DNA of 64,000 nt from Octopus vulgaris (lineage: Eukaryota): positions 51,088,001 through 51,152,000 of the forward strand of contig OX597823.1 of the NCBI GenBank assembly GCA_951406725.2. The letters are read 5' to 3'. This document shows, one piece after another, positions 54,644 through 64,000 of the stretch (positions are counted from its first letter, which is position 1; the number at the start of each line of letters is the position of its first letter). The notes under the pieces were generated by a model, which saw only the letters and a list, made by a program, of their open reading frames with translations, did no database searches and was not told the origin of the DNA. The translations under genes and the position numbers were made by a program.

Positions 54644-55174
54644 CGTAATGACTTTGCATTTTACCCTCTCGGGTCGATAAAGCAAGTACTTGTTGTGTAC
54701 TGGGGCCGATGTAAACGGCTAGTTCCCTTCCACAAAATGTCAGGTCTTATGCCGATGGTAAAAAGTATTTACAAAGGCAGGAAAATAGAAACTTCTTGAA
54801 AATGATCTCTACTATTCGTTTGCATCTAACCATGTCGGAGTTAATTTTACCGATCACCCTCTTGCGGTTCGATATTTTAGAGGATGATGCTGTAGTTTAA
54901 GCCCAGTTTAGCTCTGATCGAGCAAACCTATAATTAAAAGCATTCCATTTATGATGATCTTGTTTTATATGTAATCCTTTTGCATCTTGGAACGGCTAAA
55001 AGGATGTGAGTGAAAGGAATTTTCTGCGCTGTTTCTAGTAGATCAAGCGGCCTCAAAGAGGCTCACCAGGTAAACGATAAAATACGTATCTATAATATAA
55101 TGAGGTAATACTTCTCCTTCAAATTTGCTGCATTGAAGAATTAATATACATGTGTTTGTATGTGTGTTTGTTTA

Positions 55175-55210
<36 letters not shown>

Positions 55211-55434
55211 TGTGTCTGTGTGTGTGTCTGTGTCTGTGCGTATAAAACTGAGTTTGGAGGGATGCAGTGTCCGGACGGATGCTGTATTAATTCTCAGTTA
55301 AATTCCAGTTAACGTCTAACCACTTCGATCAGTATTTAACATCTGTGACTACAATTTGCTGAAAGTCGCCCGTGACTTGCATATATATATATACATAAAT
55401 ACATTCATTCATACATACATACATACATACATAA

Positions 55435-55475
<41 letters not shown>

Positions 55476-55548
55476 ATCCAAACATGGAAGCATATGTATA
55501 TATATATATATACATGTATATACATGTATATATATGTATGTATGTATG

Positions 55549-55614
<66 letters not shown>

Positions 55615-55649
55615 CACACACAATAGTCTTGTCGAGAAGCAATATCGTC

Positions 55650-56439
55650 TTTTCAGGCAAGTGGCATATAAACCGATAAAAGTTGCCCTTCTAATCAACC
55701 AGTCAGCATGAAGTTAATGACGAAATGCTAATGTGGATACGTAGTGTGTGTTCATATGCTGTTTGACAGTTCATGGAACACAAAGAATTTAGTGAGCTGC
55801 ATATACGGTATTGCATGACAGTGCAACACATTCAAAGAAAAACACTGGTACTGTATATGCTGGCGATGTGAAGGTTCGGAAATGCCGAAAGGTGGGTGTT
55901 CAAATTCAAAATCAGCGCTTTCTATCTTCTGGACCGGTTGGACTACGAAGGCCAAATGTTCTGAATAATGACGCTGTGAAAATGGGAGTTAATATGGTAA
56001 CGTCTTCAAGTATCGGGGGCTTAAGCTGGAGGCTTGGAAAAATGTACAGCGGTTTAAAAAAATGTATAGGGAATGAAAGTGGCTACCAAATAAGCAGTCC
56101 CTTGAGAATAAAGGTCACATTCAGCAAAGATTTCCCCAGAAAAGATAAATTCTTTAGGCCGAGAAGCTCTGCCTTACCATCCCTACTCACCGTAACTAGA
56201 TCCATCAGATCTTCAGTTATTCAAGTTATTTGAAGTCTTTACAAGTGGAAAGACTGTTCTCTAGATTAGACGGTGTCGAAACGGCGCTCCAAACATTTTC
56301 TCTTTCGCAAAATTGGCTTCTGTGTGGTAAAATGTTGTTGCTAACCATTGCAATTATATTCGAAATGAATAAAGATATTTACATGTTTTATCTTGATTTA
56401 AACTTCTTACATAATATTCGACAATTTTTCAATACTCCT

Positions 56440-56440
<1 letters not shown>
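55650..56440 (+). pseudogene. highly decayed, internally deleted mariner
   Basis: Fragments ELHIRYCM, TVYAGDVKVRKCRK, RPNVLNND, HPYSP*LDPSDLQLF. Confidence 0.65.
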
Positions 56441-56490
<50 letters not shown>

Positions 56491-56899
56491 CACATATGTA
56501 TGTATGCATGTATGTATGCATGTATGTATGCATGCATACATGCATGTATGTATATATATTTATACATGCTATATCATATTTCATATTATATATTTGTAAT
56601 CGCCATTTTGTCTCTTGATTATTGGTAGAATTCAATATGCAGGATTCAAAAATGTTTAACCTTTGTTTGACATATTTTAGTGAAACCTACTTTTAATATT
56701 AAAATGTGTATTTTCCTACAGATATTTCATGTTGCAATCATGTATCATGTTAAAATTATTTACATATGCAGTTATTGTCGTTGTTTATAATTCATAATTT
56801 ATCAATTAAAGAATTTCCATCCATGCGGAAGAACTTTAGAAATTTTAATTATCGGAAGATCTTTATTCATAACATGCTTTACATTGGTACATAAACATA

Positions 56900-57186
56900 C
56901 ATATATGAATAGACACACATACGCATGTTTATATATATTTATATATGCTTATATATATATATGTGTGTATATATATATATGTATTTATGTATATAGATGT
57001 GTGTATAGGTATATATATATATATATATATGTGCGTGTGTGTATATATATACATATATATATGTATATATATTTATATATATGAATGTATGTATATATCA
57101 ATATATACATATACAATGACACATATATACACACATTCAAACATTTATATACAAATATATATGTAGACATATATGTATATATATAT

Positions 57187-57219
<33 letters not shown>

Positions 57220-57237
57220 ATATATATATATAAATAA

Positions 57238-57274
<37 letters not shown>

Positions 57275-57283
57275 CATACATAC

Positions 57284-57314
<31 letters not shown>

Positions 57315-57319
57315 CATAT

Positions 57320-57356
<37 letters not shown>

Positions 57357-57430
57357 TGTATGTACGTACGTATGTATGTATGTATGTATGTATGTATGTA
57401 TGTATGTATGTATGTATGTATGTATGTATT
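56900..57430. repeat. compound (TA)n/(TATG)n microsatellite
   Basis: Directly visible. Confidence 0.95.
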
Positions 57431-59829
57431 TATAGCATAACAACTGCATCTTCAATGAATTCTGAAAACGCTCAGTTTAAATTAAGCTCTTTGCCAAATA
57501 CAGTGTTAACCTCTTTGTATTAATCAAAGGAGACTATTAGCCGGAATTATTTATTTCCAATAATTTGCATTGTATCTATTCACTCTTGCATTTATATCTA
57601 CGTAATTCTCCTTATAAAATGCATCTTGTCATTAAATTCGGCGGAATTCTTCAATGCCAACATTGTGTCCCCCACTGGAATAGCAAAGATTGAAGCACAA
57701 CAGGAGATACAAGAACAGGAAGTTATAGTGGTCCAGTCATTGTGGCATTCCAAGGTGGAAAATGAAGAAGGAAATGAAGAAATAAAGCTTTTATAGATGT
57801 ATATATTTCAATAAAAATAACTGAGGCGTTGTCGCATTGAGGGATTTCAGTGTTACATCTCTATACAACATACCCACGCTTTTCTTTGTCACCAATCATG
57901 GTAGTAAATTAAGATGAATATTTGCATTGATTAGGAATTGTATCAAATTTTAGATGAATAGGCCTAGTTTCCAATTAGTGGTTTTATTTTGTTTGCTGAC
58001 AGAAGCTAGGCAGAGGCATATAAGATCAAATGTTCCTCTGTTAAATACCAAACGAAATAAATTTCGTAAGCGCCGATTAAATTTAAATAAATCAAACGAG
58101 GGTAGAGTCTTTGATTAAAACTAGATGTTATATATTTCTACCAATAGTACATATATTATTCAAATGGTTGTGCATATGGTCACATAGCTATACATATTGT
58201 CGTATAGACATGCCTATCATCTTACATGCTAATTATTGGCCGGTCATGTAACCGTTTAGAGTCTCTCTAACGTTCACATGCACACATACACTCACATCTA
58301 ATTATCTCCTTATGCACTGAGAGGGAGAGAGGGGGAGATAGAAAGAGAGAAAGAGAGAGACAGAGACAGAAAGAATCTGATCACAATATATAACACAGAA
58401 AGACGGTTGAAATTTTGTTAGAGAGTTAAATAAGCTTGTTACCCTCATATCTATCGTAAGGACATGAGAAGTGCAGGAAAGCGGTTACGACCAGGAATCG
58501 AAACGGACTAGTGAGATGTAATCAAAAATTTGATTCGACAGTTATCACCATGCACATTAGTACATATCGATATGCAATCGTAGGTATACTTATGTAATAT
58601 CAATTATATACTACATGCCATCGTATTAAGATATAAATGCTTGAAACAGTAAATATGAATGTATAATGTTGTACATTTAACTAGTTGTATTGAATATTTA
58701 ATATAAATACATTGTCGTATATTTTGCATATGGACACACAATCATAATTATAACTGGTGTATTTGAAAATATGTACGTTTACATATGAAATCAGACTATA
58801 TATTTCACATCCGGAATAAATACAAATGGATGTGACTCAATATGCATATTTATTCATGGTCATCTCCGTAAGGGTATGTTAGCAAATATGGTGATATAAA
58901 TAGTACACACACACATACGTTCATACTTACTTAGTTGTAGAAACACACATATATTCATATATATTTGTATGCATGTGTGGTGTTGAAGACGGCGCACATA
59001 GGTTCAATTAAGTTTGAATTTAAAGACAGAAGATACAAAACCTATCAATAGTATTAAATGAATTTCTGAAGATCCATAAACGGAGAATAAAAGAAAAATC
59101 AATAGAAGCGGATCAATAATTAAAGAAGCTAGGCGAAATGTCTTGTTGTAGACTAAGGAGTTCTTGTAATTACGCAATAAGGATTTCTTACATTGGCATA
59201 AAACCAATGTTTTTATAAGGGAGAAATTTCTGCAATACAATCGATTTTCAGGGCTTTATGTATTACTGGAAGTTATTTTATGGCTCAGGGAGAGATAACA
59301 TAACATAGGAAGCTGACTAGAGTAACTTTGGAATTGAATTCAGGAGGCAAAGTAATGTTGTTGAATACCTGAAGACATTTGTTCGATCCCCAACTATTCC
59401 TGTCGACGAACACCGTATTTGTTTATAGTAAGATCATATGACTCTAGAATGAAAGTAAAATGTAGATGTATAGATGAATCACGGCGTGTATCGCTGGTCA
59501 TATGTACGAATTAGCAATGGAGGATAAAGGTAATCGCACGATCTGCTAGAATTACATGCCACACCTTATTGCTTTCAAAAAGAACACATTCGATATTCAT
59601 GTCTGGGATACACTAGTACGAAAAGAAAATGCAAATACAAACACACACACGCACGTATGCAAACACACATGCGCACACACATACACGCGCGCGCACACAC
59701 ACATACACGCGCATACACACACATACAGGGCATAACACTGGAAGATACGATGGTCGAAAGAATTGACATGGGAGTCTGGGACCCTTGGTGAGTAAAGAAT
59801 ATTAATCTGGCAAACATAGGTAAACAAAG

Positions 59830-61200
59830 GTAAATTTTAAGATCCGAAAGTTTTCGGCTGCAATGGGCCTCATTCTTTTCTCTTTCATTGGTCTTTTTTC
59901 TTTTCTATTCTTCTTGTCTACTTTCTTCTCCGTTGCTTTTGCCATAAGAGATGTTTCAGGGCCCTATGCGGAGATTGGCATGCCTTTGGTGTCATTGTCT
60001 TTTTGTTTTGTTGTTGATATTTCAGAGCTTTCAGTTGCTCTTGTTTATGGGAATTTAGTGGTTCTTGAGGACGGCGTGTGTTTTATTGCTTGTGTTATTG
60101 TTATTTCAATTGTTGATATTGTGTCTGTTGATGCTGTTGTTGCTGCTGCTTCTGTTGCTGTTACTGCTGCTCCTGCGGATGTTGGACTCAGCGTTACAGT
60201 TGCTGTTATTGTTGCTGTTCCACTGAAGTGGCTGTTGCTCTTCATGCTGTTGGTGTTTTTGCTGTTGTCAGTAGAAGTGGACTGCTTCTCTCCTCCTTGC
60301 TCTAGATAGAAAGGCTTGAGAAGGTTTGCATCACCACACAAGCGACACCTTGGCTTGGTTTCATGCAGAATTTTTATGCTGTTAGGCAGAGTGATTAAGT
60401 CCAGGATCACTTCTATATCCTTTAATTCATTTGGACCAATAGCTCCATCCTTAGACCTAATAAATATTGTTTCTGCAGGACCTGTATAATTTTAATGTTC
60501 ACGAAGAAAACTGTCACCTCCAGACTGGAGATGCTTGCTTCAGGTAGCTTACCAATAATCTGTATCCTTACAAGATTACGACCAACATGTATTGGAAGAG
60601 GGCAAGTTCACATTCATTAACGTTATTGCAGAGTGCTTCCTGGCCTGATCCTCTGTCGGAAATCTTTCCTTTACTGTATTGTATTTTCTTCCCTAGCAAT
60701 ATAAGTTTTGATACCCAAGTTCGGTCTGAGGAACTTTTCTATTTGCTTCTGTGTTGCTAGGTCTATTTTCGAAGTTATATTTCAATCATAGTATAAGCTT
60801 TAGATTTTAGATTGGTTCCTTGTCGGGTGGATCTAGAATGTTTAATTCTAAGTTTCGGCCGGATCATGTCAATTTTTTTTAGCAGCTCTTTCTTTAATTC
60901 GTGAGACGATAATTTGATTACATCTTCCTGTCGGAGAACGTTAGAGAACTCGATAAATTTTGATTTCTTCATTCCGATGACTTGGTTTTTTCTTTGTTTT
61001 GTGGTTATTAATGCTGGTGGTGTTGGTGTTGTATGGTTGGGGAAGGTTACTTTTTTTCTAGTGCGCTGAATCGATTTCATTTTCCTTTCTTCAATTTGTT
61101 GTTGTTGGTGTCGTTTCAATCGGCACTGGTAGTGGGAGTGGTGGTAGAAGTATTGTTTCATCGTCACTGTTGTTGATACTGTTGATACTGCTATTGTTGT
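59830..61200 (-). pseudogene. probable non-LTR retrotransposon ORF1-like remnant
   Basis: Broken minus-strand frames (KKSKFIEFSNV..., FPTEDQARKH..., ITLPNSIKILHETKPRCRLCGD) ending in a degenerate C-x2-C knuckle, then Thr/Ala-rich and basic tails; family not confirmed. Confidence 0.45.
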
Positions 61201-61655
61201 TCATACTTTATCGCTTAACAGGTAATAGTGAGATAGTAATAATGTGTTGCCTGTTGGGGTACATATATTAATCGACAGTGCAAACTGTTCTGTATTACTC
61301 TTAGATATACATTCTTCAAATTATTCGAATGCATAAAATGCCAAACGAAACTGCGAAGACAAATAACATTTAAGGTATTGGTGTATCTCAGGCAACAGAG
61401 TTGTCATCGAGTACAGAGAGATAACATTGGTAACACCGTAGTAAGACGGTGAGAGAGGGTACTATGCTGAGAGAAGCAAAGCTGAGTTAGGAGGTATGAA
61501 CAGGTTGAAGGATGTGATACTTGAGAAGTTACCAATTAGCGATGGGGAAAACGTTTAATACTCGATTGAAATTTCGATGTATAAAGATTTACATGGAGTC
61601 CTAAATATTGGTTCCCTGCAGTGCAATTTCAGTCGATGTTACACTACTGGTTTAT

Positions 61656-62074
<419 letters not shown>

Positions 62075-63019
62075 TATGTCGATGTAAGAACACTACAAAA
62101 CCGTGCATAACTTCCTCAGTAAATTTAGTGAATTAATAATATATACATCTTTAACAAGAAACAGTTTGAATAGCCTGTCACAAGAAAACTACATGTAAAA
62201 TCGAGGTAGGTATTAATACAAAGAAATACACCTACAAAACAAACTAACCCGTGTATAGTGATCTATATATAATACAACATGAGAAATATGTTGAGATTTT
62301 GAACATTGAAATATTATTGGAATATAATTTATATAATTTATACTAAATGATGCTGTATCGGCAATGTCTTGATTTGAAATCAGACAATAACTATCGGCCA
62401 ATTCATAACTCTGTACGTGATATAATGACCTAAAATGTCTTATTGTTATGATTGAAGAGATAAAAACCTGATTTCGTTAAGATTTCAGAGATAAGAGTTG
62501 ACGTGAAATATGAAATAAACAGATCAGTATATAGATTAATAAAACAGCAAGGATTTTGGAAAGCATAACTTGTATATATCTTTGGTCTTATAGCGTGTTA
62601 ATGATATGTTTTCCTTCATTTACAATTTCTATTATGATTTTAGCAAAGTTCTGTAAAGACGCCACAGTATTTTAGGAAAATCCGGAGTAGCTATCAAACA
62701 AAAAACAGAAGGAAAACAGGAAAAAAAGAAACGGACAGGACAATATATCGCACTGAGAGGAAATGGGAAACACTAAAGATTGGCAAGGAAGTTAAAAAGA
62801 AAAATGTTTTGTTGTGTTTTTGGAGGGTCAGTACGTCAAAGATGACAACATACCAATGCGTGTGTTATATTTGGCATGATGACCCTCCCAAGACACAAGT
62901 CTTGTTTCAACATATGAATTCACTTCAAGATTCTTGCCAACCAAATACGAAAAAGAATAAAAGTGTAAAGAAAATCTTTCTGAAGGCGAACACTGTGATG
63001 CTATTTAAAAATCTAATTT

Positions 63020-63230
63020 CGAATTGTGGCACCAGGCCAGCAAGATTTTGAGGAAGGGTTCAGTCGATTACATCAAACCCAGTGCTCGCCAACTCATTAT
63101 TTTTATCGACCCCGAAGAGATGAAAGGTAAAGTGGATCTCGGTGGAATTTGAACTCAGAGCGTGAGGACGGACGAAATGCCGCTAAGCATTTAGCTCGGC
63201 GTGTTAACGATTCTGTCAGCTCGTAGCCTT
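63020..63230 (-). mobile_element. SINE family A
   Basis: GCACCAGGCCAGCAA...TTATCGACCCCGAA...GGAATTTGAACTCAGAG...CAGCTCGTAGCCTT. Confidence 0.88.
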
Positions 63231-63299
63231 AAAAATAGAAGGCTGACCGTTGTTCTCGAACCGAGTACAAGGGTTGTACTATCTGATTAAAATAATCTC

Positions 63300-64000
63300 T
63301 GATGTTATTTAAAATACTACCAGAAATTAATGATCGACTGAAAGTGAACAGTCAGTGATTTTCTAAAACAGGAACATGGAGCAAAATGAAATGATAACTG
63401 GAAGTGTGGAGGACTTAAGCGTGGTAGTTGCTGTGTATGTGTGTGGCATAAGAACATGTATGTGCAAAAAAGAATGTAGGATGTATGTGTTTGAGAGAGC
63501 TTGTCAGTGTGTATAGATGTTTCCACGTTTGTGTGTGTAAGTCTTACCGGAGTATGGTGGTGTAAGAAACAGACTATAGTAAGATACAGATAAGTATGGA
63601 CAGGAAAATTTGTTGTGGCGATCATACGGCCTACAGCCGGTCCGTCAATAGACAATAATCTCCGATTAGTATATGTTGCAGAAAATAACATTTCAGTTGG
63701 TAACAGCCAAGGAGAGGGGAACCGGAAGCGTGTAAGTTTGAGGTGTTCTGAAAACAATAACAGGGACAGGAACAGGAAGAGGATCCATGTTTTGTGTGAA
63801 GTGGAGTAAGAAGGCTATCTATGTAGAAGCTAGTTCTGAAGGTGGGTGAGTGTCGAGGACAGTTTTGGGAAAAACGAAAGTTGCACTGAATCGTGAGGTG
63901 GCGATGTCGAGTGGCATAGAAAAAGTGAAGGGTTATAGGTTGTCGGCGTGTACGGAGATTGTGGGCCGTATGGGGTCAATAGCAAGTGATAACAGGATGG
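63300..64000 (-). mobile_element. possible decayed Penelope-like element 3' region
   Basis: C/T-rich minus strand like 22380-22850; weak remnants HGSSSCSCPC and GRMIATTNF resemble the PLE linker and GRxLADRF motifs. Confidence 0.35.

Noticed and set aside
57635-57796. ~50-codon Glu-rich open frame (FFNANIVSPTG...)
   Set aside because: No start codon, no splice signals and no recognisable motif
59066-59090. CTGAAGA-TCC-ATAAAC-GGA-GAAT hammerhead-like string
   Set aside because: GAAT instead of GAAA, and no stem III or stem I; compatible with chance
59863-60309. 148-aa hydrophobic ORF resembling a membrane protein
   Set aside because: It is the antisense reading of the Thr/Ala/Lys-rich minus-strand retroelement-like remnant

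Overview
Eukaryotic, AT-rich, microsatellite-dense non-coding DNA. The repeat families and the (TA)n/(CA)n/(TACA)n/(TATC)n load most resemble an octopus (coleoid cephalopod) genome; this is an inference. I can support no host protein-coding gene, and nearly all ORF-track entries are translations of microsatellites. The window is intronic or intergenic and filled with mobile DNA: at least four tRNA-derived SINE families, several with clear target-site duplications (TSDs); a full-length decayed mariner (52930-54191) plus other Tc1/mariner remnants and MITEs; two Helitron-like non-autonomous elements; a hAT-type MITE; a Penelope-like (PLE) GIY-YIG remnant; and a probable LINE ORF1 remnant. Four patterns stand out. 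(1) Many short cassettes in or beside microsatellites carry minimal type-I hammerhead-ribozyme motifs (CTGANGA...GAAA-palindrome-TH), the signature of PLE terminal repeats; one is a perfect 60-bp palindrome folded through the ribozyme core. (2) Local inverted copying recurs at microsatellites (a 38-bp perfect and a ~300-bp near-perfect inverted duplication). (3) One SINE family appears to insert into itself and into AATATT sites through tail homology. (4) A microsatellite-carrying SINE shows a strong strand bias. A few unique-sequence islands are candidate regulatory elements. Coordinates of decayed elements are approximate and no database search was run.
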